Assembly (NCBI GenBank): GCA_944388045.1
Contig: CALXHG010000002.1
Location: forward strand, 905 to 64,904
DNA: 64,000 bases
Direction: 5' to 3'
From: an uncultured Clostridia bacterium
Lineage (GTDB): Bacteria > Bacillota > Clostridia > TANB77 > CAG-508
In this document: positions 21,537 to 33,590 of the stretch, piece after piece
Position numbering within the stretch: the stretch's first letter is position 1
Layout of the letters: each line of letters starts with the position of its first letter
Program-made: the position numbers and the translations under genes
Notes under the pieces: generated by a model
The model's database searches: none
The model's input: the letters and a program-made list of their open reading frames with translations, nothing else
Told to the model about the DNA's origin: nothing

Positions 21537-22571
21537 TTGCTAGATGAAAGAAAAAAAAGAGTATTACAAGCCATAGTAGAAGAATATATAAAAACTGCAG
21601 AACCAGTAAGTTCTAATGCAATAATGAATTTGAAAGGCTTGGAATACAGTAGTGCCACAATAAGAAACGAAATGGCAGAACTAGAAAAACTAGGATATAT
21701 AGAAAAAACACACATATCATCAGGAAGAGTACCATCAGAAAAAGGATATAGGTTTTATGTAGATGAATTATTAGAAGATGATAAAATAACAGTAGACGAA
21801 ATAGAATATATAAGTAATAAGCTAGAAACAAAAGTAAACGAATTAGAAGATTTAACACAAATAGCATCTAGCACTATTTCAGAAGTAACACATTACACAA
21901 CGGTATCAATTGGACCAAACACAGATGTACAAAAAATAGAAAGTATAAAATTTGTATTATTACATCCAAGAATGATGATGGCAGTAATATTAACAGATAA
22001 TGGACTAGTTAAAGAAACAATTATTAAATTCGATGAAGACATAACAGAAAATCAAGTAAATACATTAAACTACATGTTTAACAACAAACTAAAAGGAGAA
22101 CCAATAACAAAAATAGACAAACCTCTTGAAAAATATTTGATAGATGAAATGAGGTATAGTGTAAACCTAATCAAACCAATAATAGAGCAAATGAAAAAAG
22201 TTGTAGAAGAAGAAAGAGTACACTTAGAAGGAGCAAAACAATTATTTGAGCTACCAGAATTTAATAGTTTAGAAGTAGCTAAAAACTTTGTAAACATAAT
22301 AGATGAAAAAGAACTCATGGCAGATATGCTAAATAATGGATATGCAAAAGACATAAATGTATATATTGGAGAAGAAAATGAAAAAGAAGAATTAAAAGAC
22401 TTTAGTATAGTAACATTTAAGCATAGAATAGGAAATAAAGATTTGGGAACAATTGGAATAATAGGACCAAAAAGAATGGACTATTCAAAAGTAATATCTG
22501 TTATGAAATATATAAGTAAAAAGCTGAATAATAATTTAGACAACAATTCAAAAGATGAAGATGAAAAATAG
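21537..22571 (+). CDS. hrcA: Heat-inducible transcription repressor HrcA
   Basis: TTG start after GGAGGAG. LDERKKRVLQAIVEEYIKTAEPVSS..ATIRNEMAELE.LGY. First gene of hrcA-grpE-dnaK-dnaJ. Confidence 0.9.
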   Translation: MLDERKKRVLQAIVEEYIKTAEPVSSNAIMNLKGLEYSSATIRNEMAELEKLGYIEKTHISSGRVPSEKGYRFYVDELLEDDKITVDEIEYISNKLETKVNELEDLTQIASSTISEVTHYTTVSIGPNTDVQKIESIKFVLLHPRMMMAVILTDNGLVKETIIKFDEDITENQVNTLNYMFNNKLKGEPITKIDKPLEKYLIDEMRYSVNLIKPIIEQMKKVVEEERVHLEGAKQLFELPEFNSLEVAKNFVNIIDEKELMADMLNNGYAKDINVYIGEENEKEELKDFSIVTFKHRIGNKDLGTIGIIGPKRMDYSKVISVMKYISKKLNNNLDNNSKDEDEK

Positions 22572-22587
22572 AAAGAAGGTCGAGAAA

Positions 22588-23145
22588 ATGGAAGAAGAAA
22601 AAAAGAATGAAAAAGCAGAAGAAAATTTAAATACACAACAATCAACAGAAGAACATAAAGATAATAATGATAAAGAAAAAACACAAGAAAAGAAACCAGA
22701 AGAGGATTATATAATAGACCCAAAACAACATGAACTAGATGAATTAAATGACAGATATAAAAGAGTATTAGCAGAATTTGAAAATTTCAAAAAAAGAAGT
22801 GGAAAAGAAAGAGAAACATTATATAATTCTATATTAGGAGACATTGTAGGTGTTTTTTTACCAATTGTAGACAATTTAGAAAATGCAGTAAAAGCAGAAA
22901 CACAAGATGCAGAATACAAAAAAGGAGTAGAACTTGTACTTAAACAATTTAAAGATATACTTAAAACTAAAGGAGTAGAAGAAATTGAAAGTATAGGAAA
23001 AACATTTGACCCAAGCCAACACGAAGCAGTAAGTAGTATTCAAGACCCAACAAAAGGAACACAAGAAATAGTACAAGAATATAGAAAAGGCTACAAAATT
23101 GGGTCAAAAGTAATAAGACACTCAATGGTAGTTGTAGCAAACTAA
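22588..23145 (+). CDS. grpE: Nucleotide exchange factor GrpE
   Basis: K/E-rich N-terminus, then ..YKRVLAEFENFKKR..LPIVDNLE.A..FDP..HEAV...GYK...KVIRHSMVVV. Alternative in-frame starts at 22555 and 22561 overlap hrcA. Confidence 0.85.
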   Translation: MEEEKKNEKAEENLNTQQSTEEHKDNNDKEKTQEKKPEEDYIIDPKQHELDELNDRYKRVLAEFENFKKRSGKERETLYNSILGDIVGVFLPIVDNLENAVKAETQDAEYKKGVELVLKQFKDILKTKGVEEIESIGKTFDPSQHEAVSSIQDPTKGTQEIVQEYRKGYKIGSKVIRHSMVVVAN

Positions 23146-23219
23146 AAAAAGTTATTAATTTTAAAATAGTTACTCAAAAAAGTAACTAAAAAATTTAAAT
23201 ATATAAAATAGGGGCTTAA

Positions 23220-25094
<1,875 letters not shown>

Positions 25095-25217
25095 AATTGT
25101 AAAATCATTTAATTAAAAATCTTTTATTGAATAATATAAAATGATTTTTACTATATAATAAGAATACAAAGGGCGAGTTTGATACTCGCCCAATTTATGA
25201 AAAAAGGAGTAAAAAAT

Positions 25218-26402
25218 ATGGCAAGCAAAAGGGATTATTATGAAGTCTTAGGTGTTTCTAAAACAGCTACAGACGAAGAAATAAAAAAGGCATATAGAAA
25301 ACTAGCAAAAAAATATCACCCAGATGCTAATCCAGATAATAAAGAAGAGGCAGAAGCAAAATTTAAAGAAGTAAATGAAGCATATGAAACATTATCAGAT
25401 CCACAAAAAAGAAAAGCATATGATCAATTTGGACCAGATGGTCCACAAGGATTTGGTGGATTTGGAGGTTCAGGCTCAGGTCCATTTGGTAGTGGATTTG
25501 GAAACGGAGGATATTATTCATATACATCTTCAGGATTTGATGGATTTTCAGATTTTGGAGATTTAGGTGATATCTTTTCTTCATTTTTTGGAGGAGGAGC
25601 AAGAACAAATTCTAGAACTCAAACAAAAGGTCCTCGTAAAGGTGCAGATTTAAATTTAAGTATGGATATCACATTTGAAGAGGCATTTTTAGGAGTAGAA
25701 AAAGAAATATTAATTACAAGACCTGAAACATGTTCTATTTGCCACGGAACTGGTGCTAGACCAGGAACATCTGTTACAAAATGTTCTGTATGTAATGGTA
25801 CAGGAACAGTTAGACAGGTACAAAATACAATTTTAGGGCAAATACAAACTACAAGAACTTGTACAAATTGTCATGGAACCGGAGAAGTAATAAAAGAGGT
25901 ATGTGATAATTGTAAAGGAAAAGGAACTGTAAGAAAACAAGCAAGAATAAAAGTAAAAATTCCAGCTGGTATAGATGATAATCAAACAGTAGTATTAAGA
26001 GGAGAAGGAGAACCAGGAGAAAAAGGTGGAGCAAAAGGAGATTTATACATAACAGTTAGAATAAAAAAGAGTAGCATATTTACAAGAGATGGTAATACAG
26101 TTATGTGTGAAGTTCCTATTACCATAACACAAGCAACTCTTGGAGCAAGACTAAAAATACCAATGGTAGATGGAAGTGTTGAAGAATATGACATTCCAGA
26201 AGGAACACAAACAGGAACTAAATTTACAATTAGAGATAGAGGATTTAAATCAATAAATTCATCATCAAGAGGAAACTTTGTATTTACAGTTTTAGTTCAA
26301 ACTCCAAAAAGACTAACAAGGGAACAAAGAGATTTATTAGAAAAATTAGCTGTTACAATGAATGAACAGCCACCAATAAAGAAAAAAGGAATATTTGGAT
26401 AA
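25218..26402 (+). CDS. dnaJ: Molecular chaperone DnaJ
   Basis: Start at the ATG after AAGGAG. J domain ([22 protein letters not shown]), G/F-rich linker, four CxxCxGxG zinc motifs. Confidence 0.95.
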   Translation: MASKRDYYEVLGVSKTATDEEIKKAYRKLAKKYHPDANPDNKEEAEAKFKEVNEAYETLSDPQKRKAYDQFGPDGPQGFGGFGGSGSGPFGSGFGNGGYYSYTSSGFDGFSDFGDLGDIFSSFFGGGARTNSRTQTKGPRKGADLNLSMDITFEEAFLGVEKEILITRPETCSICHGTGARPGTSVTKCSVCNGTGTVRQVQNTILGQIQTTRTCTNCHGTGEVIKEVCDNCKGKGTVRKQARIKVKIPAGIDDNQTVVLRGEGEPGEKGGAKGDLYITVRIKKSSIFTRDGNTVMCEVPITITQATLGARLKIPMVDGSVEEYDIPEGTQTGTKFTIRDRGFKSINSSSRGNFVFTVLVQTPKRLTREQRDLLEKLAVTMNEQPPIKKKGIFG

Positions 26403-26403
26403 A

Positions 26404-27564
26404 ATGAAAGATGAAAAAGAATATGGATTAGTTTTAGCAGGTGGAGGAACTAAAGGAGCATATCAAGTAGGTGCATGGAAAGCACTTCAAGAATTAAATA
26501 TTAAAATAAAAGGAATAGTGGGGGCTTCAATTGGTGCATTAAATGGAGCTCTCTTTTTACAAAATGATTATGCCATGGTTTCTAAAATGTATGAAACAAT
26601 TAAAATAAATAATGTAATGAAAATTAGTGGAGTAGATGGAAATAAAAATATATTTGATTTATCAAATATTTTCAATTTAGCATCAAATTATAGAAAGCAA
26701 AACGGAATAGATAATACACCATTAAGGAAAATGATAGAAAAATACATAGATATGGACAAATTATATAATTCACCAATAGACTTTGGGTTAGTTACATATT
26801 CAGTAAAAAGTAGACAACCATTACAAAAATTTAAAAATGAGATTGCCAAAGAAGAGATGGTAAATTATCTATTAGCAAGTTCATGTTTCCCTATTTTTAA
26901 ACCTCAAATTATAAATAATGAAGAATATTATGATGGAGGTTTATATGATAGTGCACCAACAAATATGTTAATAGACAAAGGATATAAAAACATTATTTTA
27001 GTAGATATAGCAGGTGTTGGGCTAAGTAGAAAACTATCAACAAATAAAGGAATATATTTAAAAATTATTAGACCATCAGAAGATTTAGGAGGAACATTTG
27101 ATTTTAATCATACAAGAATAGTAAATAACATAAAACTAGGGTATTTAGATACAATGAGAGCATTTAACAAATTACAAGGACATATATATTATTTTAAAAA
27201 TGAAGAATTTCAAAAAATGCTTGAAGTATTTAATTTAGAAACAATATATGGGTTAGAATATGCAGCACAAATATATAATATGTATAAATATAGAGAATAT
27301 ACATTTGAAGAATTTATAAATGAATTATATAAAAGACATAGAGATGCTGAAAGAAGATATAATAGAATAAAAAATGATAATAATATTTTAAAAATAGGAA
27401 AACAATTAAAAATATTATTTGATAAAGGTCTAGGAATATGCATTGTAAATGATTTATATATGGATAGACCATCATCAAAACTCTCAAATTATTTGTTGAA
27501 TTTTGTAAAGGACTATAGATTAGCTGCAAAATCACTAATTGAACTAAAAAACTATATTAAATAA
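26404..27564 (+). CDS. Patatin-like phospholipase
   Basis: LAGGGTKGAYQVGAWKAL oxyanion motif, nucleophile elbow GASIGALNG, and a DGG motif (YYDGGLYD). Confidence 0.8.
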   Translation: MKDEKEYGLVLAGGGTKGAYQVGAWKALQELNIKIKGIVGASIGALNGALFLQNDYAMVSKMYETIKINNVMKISGVDGNKNIFDLSNIFNLASNYRKQNGIDNTPLRKMIEKYIDMDKLYNSPIDFGLVTYSVKSRQPLQKFKNEIAKEEMVNYLLASSCFPIFKPQIINNEEYYDGGLYDSAPTNMLIDKGYKNIILVDIAGVGLSRKLSTNKGIYLKIIRPSEDLGGTFDFNHTRIVNNIKLGYLDTMRAFNKLQGHIYYFKNEEFQKMLEVFNLETIYGLEYAAQIYNMYKYREYTFEEFINELYKRHRDAERRYNRIKNDNNILKIGKQLKILFDKGLGICIVNDLYMDRPSSKLSNYLLNFVKDYRLAAKSLIELKNYIK

Positions 27565-27568
27565 TTTA

Positions 27569-27673
27569 GGGTCGGTCCCTTTTTGTATTGGGGTCGGTCC
27601 CTTTTTGTATTAGGGTCGGTCCCTTTTTGTATTAGGGTCGGTCCCTTTTGTTGTTGGGGTCGGTCCCTTTTTT
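27569..27673 (+). repeat. Tandem array of five 21-22-bp GC-cluster units, GGGTCGGTCCCTTTTTGTATT(A/G) (family B)
   Basis: Head-to-tail units without spacers, starting 5 nt after the patatin stop. The last two units are slightly divergent (..CTTTTGTTGTTG, ..CTTTTTTAAAA). Confidence 0.9.
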
Positions 27674-27867
27674 AAAAAAAATTTAGAAAACTATAGAAAA
27701 ATAAGAAAAATAATAGTAAAATATGTATATCATTAGTTGTAAAAAGTTAAATAACTAATGTAGAAAAAATTACATGAAAAATAGCTGTATAAATTTAATT
27801 ACAATAAAAGAATAAACAAAAAATTGGAATTTATAAAATTTTAACTAAATAAAAAAGGAGGAATACT

Positions 27868-28227
27868 ATGAGTTTTTTTGGTAATATATTATGGTTTATT
27901 TTTGGAGGATTTTTAAGCGGACTTTCTTGGATTATTGCAGGAGTTTTGTGTTGCATAACTATTATTGGAATCCCTCTTGGATTACAATGCTTTAAATTTG
28001 CTTCCTTGGCTTTTGCACCATTTGGGAAAGAAATTGAATATGGAGGTGGAGCACCTTCGTTTTTAGCAAATGTTATTTGGCTAATCTTTTGTGGTTTGCC
28101 TATGGCAATTGAAAATTTTGTGATTGGCTGTATTTGGTGCATTACTTTTATAGGAATTCCTTTTGGTTTGCAATTTTTCAAGATTGCAAAATTATCTCTT
28201 GCACCTTTTGGAGCAGAAATAAGATAA
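27868..28227 (+). CDS. YccF-like (DUF307) inner-membrane protein
   Basis: Duplicated motif: NILWFIFGG....L.W...G.L.CITIIGIP.GLQ.FK.A.L...PFG.EI occurs twice. Confidence 0.75.
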   Translation: MSFFGNILWFIFGGFLSGLSWIIAGVLCCITIIGIPLGLQCFKFASLAFAPFGKEIEYGGGAPSFLANVIWLIFCGLPMAIENFVIGCIWCITFIGIPFGLQFFKIAKLSLAPFGAEIR

Positions 28228-28400
28228 AAGAGAAAATCTAAAATTCGAATTTTTGTATTGAATTTATTTTACAGCATTTTTTATGTGATTTTGGGGAGAG
28301 TAGCAATGCTATTCTCTCTTAAAGTAATTACTATCTTTATTTACAAAAGGCATTATATGGTATATAATATAAAAAATTAAATCAAAAAGGAGTGAAAAAT

Positions 28401-28820
28401 TTGAGCTTTAAATTCGAAAGAAAAATTAATTATTATGAAACAGATAGAATGGGAGTAGTTCATCATTCTAATTATATAAGATTTATGGAAGAAGCAAGAT
28501 GTGCATGGCTAGAAAGTGAAGATATGCCATTTGAATTATTAGAAGAAAACGGAATAACAATTCCTGTATTAGGAGTAAACTGTAATTATAAATATCATGT
28601 TACATTTGGAGATATAATTATAATAGAACCATTTTTAAAAGAATATACAGGAGTTAGAATGACTGTTGGGTATAATGTAACAGAAAAAAATACAGGAAAA
28701 ATAGTTTTAACAGGTGAAACAAAACATTGTTTTACAAATAAAGAGCTAAAACCAATTAACTTAAAAAAACATGCAAAGAAATTTAGTGATAAATTTGAAA
28801 ATTTATTAGAAAAAATGTGA
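28401..28820 (+). CDS. Acyl-CoA thioesterase, 4HBT/YbgC-like hotdog fold
   Basis: YYETDRMGVVHHSNYIRFMEEAR. TTG at 28401 has better spacing to AAGGAG than the ORF-track GTG at 28392. Confidence 0.75.
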   Translation: MSFKFERKINYYETDRMGVVHHSNYIRFMEEARCAWLESEDMPFELLEENGITIPVLGVNCNYKYHVTFGDIIIIEPFLKEYTGVRMTVGYNVTEKNTGKIVLTGETKHCFTNKELKPINLKKHAKKFSDKFENLLEKM

Positions 28821-28953
28821 TAATTTTGTACCGATTCTCTTTTTTACATTTTTCTTTTGACACAAAAAAATTATGTAATTATTAATAGAGAATAAATAAC
28901 TAGTACAAGATATATAAATAAAAATATATAAAATAAGAAAGGAATGATTTAAA

Positions 28954-29160
28954 ATGAAAGAAACTATAATAAATGTAAAAGGAATGGTATGTAATGGATG
29001 TGAAAACAGAGTTAAGAATGCTCTAAAAACAATAGAAGGAGTTGAAGAAGTAGAAGCAAACTATACAAATGGAATAGTAAAAGTTACATCAAAAGAAGAA
29101 GTAGAAGAAAGTGCATTAAAAGAAAAAATAGAAGATATTGGATTTGAAGTTGAAAATTAA
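28954..29160 (+). CDS. copZ: Copper chaperone CopZ (HMA domain)
   Basis: 68 aa with a GMVCNGCENRV metal-binding loop. Directly upstream of copA. Confidence 0.85.
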   Translation: MKETIINVKGMVCNGCENRVKNALKTIEGVEEVEANYTNGIVKVTSKEEVEESALKEKIEDIGFEVEN

Positions 29161-29219
29161 TATTATTAGATATATAAAATATTGTTTTATACATTTAAAA
29201 TGGAGGAATCTAATAAATA

Positions 29220-31418
29220 ATGAAAAAAATTTTATTATCAATTGATGGAATGACATGTAGTGCATGTTCTAATGGATTAGAAAAATACCTAAATAAGCAA
29301 AATGGAATATATAATGCATCTGTCAATTTAGTAATGGCAAATGCAACTATTGAATATGATGAAAAAATCTTAAATGTAGAAAAACTAGAAAAATTTGTTA
29401 AAGAAGCTGGATTTAAAAGTTTAGGAGAATTCAAACAAATAAAATTCGAAAAAAAGACAAAAACAGAAAAAGTAAAATTTATCATATTTACAATATTGGC
29501 AATAATTTTAATGTATATATCAATGGGACATATGATAAATTTACCTACAATTCCATTTTTAGACCCACATACCAATTCAACTAATTATATGATAAGTTTA
29601 CTTATATTAACAATTGGCTTTATGTGGTATGGATTTGATATATTAAAAAATGGATATAAAAATTTAATTCATAAAACACCAAATATGGATACATTAGTAG
29701 GAATAGGTGTTATAACTAGCTTTTTATATAGTATATATAATATGTACTTAGTGTTGGCTGGAGACCATAGTCAAGTAATGAATCTCTATTTTGAATCTGC
29801 AAGTATAGTAATTTATTTTATAAAACTTGGTAGATATATAGATGGAATGAGTAAAGACAAAACAAAAGAAGCAATTCAAAAATTAGTAGAAATAACTCCT
29901 CAAACTGCAACAATAAAAATAAAAGGTGAAGAAAAACAAGTAACACTTGACGAAATTCATAAAGGAGATATAGTGATATCAAGAGCAGGTGAAAAAATTG
30001 CAGTAGATGGAGAAATAATTACAGGAAAAGCACATTTAGATGAATCATTTATTACAGGAGAAAGTAAACCTGTTTCAAAGGAAACTGGAAGCAAAGTTAT
30101 TGCAGGAAGTTTAAATTATGATGGATATATAGAATATAAAGCAGAAAAAATAGGAAGAGATTCAACAGTATCAGAAATAGTTAGACTTGTTGTAGAAGCA
30201 AGCAATACAAAAGCACCTATAGCAAAAATAGCAGATAAAGTAGCAGGGTATTTTGTACCAGCAGTAATTATAATTGCAATTTTAGCTTTTTTAGGATATC
30301 TAATTATAGGAAAAGATATTCCAACAGCAATAACAACATTTGTTACAATATTAGTAGTAGCATGTCCATGTAGTTTAGGATTGGCAACACCACTTGCTAT
30401 AGTTGTAAGTGAAGGAAAATGTGCTTCAAATGGTATTTTAATAAAGAAAAGTGAAATATTAGAAAATGCACAAAAAGTTGATACTATAGTATTTGACAAA
30501 ACAGGTACATTAACATATGGAAAATTAAAAATATCAAAAATATATAATTTTAGTGTAGAATATGAAAATGAACAATTATTACAATTAGCAGGAAGTATAG
30601 AAAGTAAATCAACACATCCAATTGCAAAAGCATTTACAGATTATTTAGATGAAAATAAAATAAAGTCATTAGAAGTAGAAGAATTTGAAAATATTGCAGG
30701 ACTAGGAATATCTGGTAAAATAAATCAGAAGAAAATATTATTAGGTAATGCAAAAATAATTGAAAAATACAATATACAAAATAAATTTCAAGATTATGAA
30801 AAGAAACTAGCAGATAAAGGAAACAGCATTATTTATATTGTAGAAAATGATAAGATTTTAGGTATTGTGGGTGTAAACGATATTGTTAGAGAAGAAAGCA
30901 AAGATGTAATTAAACAATTATCTGAAATGAAAATAAAAACGATTATGTTGACAGGAGATAATAAACAAACAGCAGTAAAAATTGGAAAAGAAGTTGGAGT
31001 AAGTATTGTAATTTCAAATGTTTTACCAGCTGAAAAAACAGAAACAATAAAAAAATTAAAACAAGAGAATAGATTTGTAATGATGTGTGGAGATGGAATT
31101 AATGATAGTCCAGCACTAGCAAATGCAGATATTGGAATAAGTGTAAATAGTGGAACAGACATTGCAATGGATTCATCTGATGTAATTTTAACAAATAATG
31201 ATTTAAATAGTATTTTGAAATTAATAAATATAAGTAGAAAAACAATTAAAAATATAAAGCAAAATTTATTTTGGGCATTTTTTTATAACTGTTTAATGAT
31301 ACCAATTGCAATTGGAATTTTAAAGCCAATAGGAATTTCTATAAATCCAATGATTGCAAGTATAGCAATGGTACTAAGTAGTATAACAGTAATATTAAAT
31401 GCACTAAGGCTAAGGTAA
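29220..31418 (+). CDS. copA: Copper-translocating P1B-type ATPase
   Basis: N-terminal HMA (GMTCSACSNGLE), TGES, CPC (VACPCSLGLATP), DKTGTLT, GDGINDSPAL. Confidence 0.9.
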   Translation: MKKILLSIDGMTCSACSNGLEKYLNKQNGIYNASVNLVMANATIEYDEKILNVEKLEKFVKEAGFKSLGEFKQIKFEKKTKTEKVKFIIFTILAIILMYISMGHMINLPTIPFLDPHTNSTNYMISLLILTIGFMWYGFDILKNGYKNLIHKTPNMDTLVGIGVITSFLYSIYNMYLVLAGDHSQVMNLYFESASIVIYFIKLGRYIDGMSKDKTKEAIQKLVEITPQTATIKIKGEEKQVTLDEIHKGDIVISRAGEKIAVDGEIITGKAHLDESFITGESKPVSKETGSKVIAGSLNYDGYIEYKAEKIGRDSTVSEIVRLVVEASNTKAPIAKIADKVAGYFVPAVIIIAILAFLGYLIIGKDIPTAITTFVTILVVACPCSLGLATPLAIVVSEGKCASNGILIKKSEILENAQKVDTIVFDKTGTLTYGKLKISKIYNFSVEYENEQLLQLAGSIESKSTHPIAKAFTDYLDENKIKSLEVEEFENIAGLGISGKINQKKILLGNAKIIEKYNIQNKFQDYEKKLADKGNSIIYIVENDKILGIVGVNDIVREESKDVIKQLSEMKIKTIMLTGDNKQTAVKIGKEVGVSIVISNVLPAEKTETIKKLKQENRFVMMCGDGINDSPALANADIGISVNSGTDIAMDSSDVILTNNDLNSILKLINISRKTIKNIKQNLFWAFFYNCLMIPIAIGILKPIGISINPMIASIAMVLSSITVILNALRLR

Positions 31419-31682
31419 AAGAGAAACAAACTTATTCAAATTTTACTTTGTAAAATTTGGCGCACGAACAATAACGCAGACTTTAAAATGTTATAAACAT
31501 ATAAAATGTTAAAAAAGTCCGCTATTGTTTTTGTATAGGAAAAATTGCTTTTTCCTATACAAAAAAAGAGCTCCGCTCAAACGGATGCACTGTCCAAAAA
31601 GTTATTGAATATCTTTCATAAATATGATATAAAATAAAAAGAAAAATATTTAAGATGTAGAAAGAAAGGACTGAAAATTTTA

Positions 31683-32840
31683 ATGAAAGATAATAAAGTT
31701 ACAGATTCAATTATTTATATAGGAGTAGATGATAAAAATATTGATTTATTTGAAAATCAATATTTTGTACCAACTGGAATAACATATAATTCATATGTAA
31801 TCTTAGATGAAAAAATTGCAGTAATGGATACTGTTGATAATAGAGGAACAGAAGAATGGTTATCTAATTTAGAAAAAGTACTTAATGGAAAGAAACCAGA
31901 TTATTTAATTGTTTCTCATATGGAGTCTGACCATTCAGATAATATAGAAAATTTAGCAAATAAATATCCTGAAATGAAGATAGTAGGAAATATGCAAACA
32001 TTTAAAATGATATCACAATTTTTTGATATAGATTTAGGAGAAAGAGCAATTACAGTAAAAGAAGGAGACACATTAAATTTAGGAAAACATACATTACAAT
32101 TTATTATGGCTCCAATGGTACATTGGCCAGAAGTAATGTTAACATATGAAAAAAGTGAAAAAATATTATTTTCAGCAGATGGATTTGGAAAATTTGGAAC
32201 AATTGATGAAGATTGGGAAGATGAAGCAAGAAGATATTATTATAATATAGTTGGAAAGTATGGAATGAATGTACAAGCACTACTTGCAAAAGCCTCAAAA
32301 TTAGATATTCAAAAAATCTGCCCATTACATGGTCCAATATTAGAAGATAATTTAGAATATTATATTAATAAATATGATACATGGAGTAGCTACAAACCTG
32401 AAGAAGATGGAGTATTAGTTGCATATGCATCTATACATGGAAATACTGAAAAAGTAGCAAAGAAATTTGCAGAAATATTAACTAAAAAAGGTGCTAAAAA
32501 AGTAGAATTAGTAGATTTAGCAAAAGAAGATAAATCTAAAGCACTAGCAAATGCTTTTAAATTTGATAAAATGGTTGTTGCTTCATCAACATATAATTTG
32601 GAAATATTCCCATGTATGGAACAATTTTTGAGAATGTTAGCAAGTAAAAATTATCAAAATAGAAAAGTTGGAATAATTGAAAATGGTACTTGGGCACCAA
32701 GCTCAGGAAAACTAATGAATGAGATGCTTTCAAAAATGAAAAATATTACAATTTGCAAAACAATTGTTACAATAAAATCTGCTTTAAAAGAAACAGATTT
32801 ACCAAATTTAGATAAATTAGCTGACCAAATTTTAAATTAA
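31683..32840 (+). CDS. FprA-family flavodiiron protein (metallo-beta-lactamase domain plus flavodoxin domain)
   Basis: Di-iron motif HMESDHSDN (HxExDH), a later PLHGP, and a C-terminal flavodoxin-like VLVAYASIHGNTEKVA. Confidence 0.75.
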   Translation: MKDNKVTDSIIYIGVDDKNIDLFENQYFVPTGITYNSYVILDEKIAVMDTVDNRGTEEWLSNLEKVLNGKKPDYLIVSHMESDHSDNIENLANKYPEMKIVGNMQTFKMISQFFDIDLGERAITVKEGDTLNLGKHTLQFIMAPMVHWPEVMLTYEKSEKILFSADGFGKFGTIDEDWEDEARRYYYNIVGKYGMNVQALLAKASKLDIQKICPLHGPILEDNLEYYINKYDTWSSYKPEEDGVLVAYASIHGNTEKVAKKFAEILTKKGAKKVELVDLAKEDKSKALANAFKFDKMVVASSTYNLEIFPCMEQFLRMLASKNYQNRKVGIIENGTWAPSSGKLMNEMLSKMKNITICKTIVTIKSALKETDLPNLDKLADQILN

Positions 32841-32863
32841 TTTTAATGGATATAATGTGAAAA

Positions 32864-32892
32864 TTGACATAATTTTTTGAATGTAGTATAAT
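32864..32892 (+). promoter_or_regulatory. Consensus sigma-A promoter
   Basis: TTGACA-N17-TATAAT exactly, about 80 nt upstream of the 32973 ORF. Confidence 0.7.
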
Positions 32893-32972
32893 TAACGTAA
32901 ATATGAGGAAATACCTCGTTTTTGAAATTTTACCTGTTCCGATATTTCACAAAAACTAAGGAGAAGAAAATT

Positions 32973-33446
32973 ATGAAAAAGTATTATAATGCGATTCTTG
33001 GGTTGGCAATTGTTAGTGTGATTAGTGTGAGTTTTATGGTGTTTTTTTCGATTGTTACTGGAATTGTTGTATGGGCTATTGGAAATGATGAAACCTCAGG
33101 TGAAGTCATAACTGGGGAAAATTACGTCATACGGGAGGCTATGCTAGAAATAGGTAGCCCTTCTGCTGGTAGAACGTTTAATTATAATATGGATTTACCC
33201 TACTGGAAAATCCAAGTTGATCAATTTAATGTTAATTGTCCAGAAGAGATTTATATAGGTCAATTAGCAAATGCTGATGAAATAAAGCAAAAAACTGCAA
33301 AATTTTTCAGCGGAGTCATGAAAGAAGAAGTAAAAGTCTTAGACTATTATCTAGATTATTGCTGGTGGGAAGAAAACCAAGAATACAAAATTGAAGGTGT
33401 GTTCTTGGTAGGATCTACACCATATATCTTTGAAATGTCCGAATGA
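32973..33446 (+). CDS. Hypothetical 157-aa membrane-anchored protein, visibly G+C-richer than its surroundings
   Basis: Start at the ATG after AAGGAGAAG. One TM helix. Contains an in-frame CGG (33132-33134). Flanked by ACCTGTTCC / GGAACAGGT inverted repeats. Confidence 0.5.
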   Translation: MKKYYNAILGLAIVSVISVSFMVFFSIVTGIVVWAIGNDETSGEVITGENYVIREAMLEIGSPSAGRTFNYNMDLPYWKIQVDQFNVNCPEEIYIGQLANADEIKQKTAKFFSGVMKEEVKVLDYYLDYCWWEENQEYKIEGVFLVGSTPYIFEMSE

Positions 33447-33480
33447 CACTATTAAATAGGAACAGGTAGTAATTTTTGAA

Positions 33481-33524
33481 CACCAAGCAGTCTTTTTAAT
33501 AAAGAGGCTGCTTTGGTGTTTTTA
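33481..33524 (+). terminator. Rho-independent terminator
   Basis: CACCAAGCAG..CTGCTTTGGTG stem followed by TTTTT. Confidence 0.6.
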
Positions 33525-33590
33525 TCTTTTTATAAAAATTTTATTTTAAAAAACTATTATTTGTTGAATTATTATGTTACAATATTAAAT

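Noticed and set aside
26404-27564. Patatin-like phospholipase as a CBASS-type defence effector.
   Set aside because: There is no cyclase, sensor or other defence partner. It follows dnaJ with a 1-nt gap and looks like a housekeeping lipase.
27569-27673. Possible CRISPR array (regularly spaced G+C-rich repeats).
   Set aside because: Units are contiguous 21-22-bp tandem repeats with no unique spacers. The same unit occurs inverted and scattered elsewhere. No cas genes are in the window.
31430-31620. G+C-richer patches and an imperfect inverted repeat (ACAATAACGCAGACTT / AAGTCCGCTATTGT) plus the hairpin GTATAGGAAAAA..TTTTTCCTATAC between copA and the flavodiiron gene.
   Set aside because: No ORF, no match to the repeat families above, and the hairpin lacks a 3' T-run on either strand. 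Possibly a decayed gene remnant. Nothing can be called.
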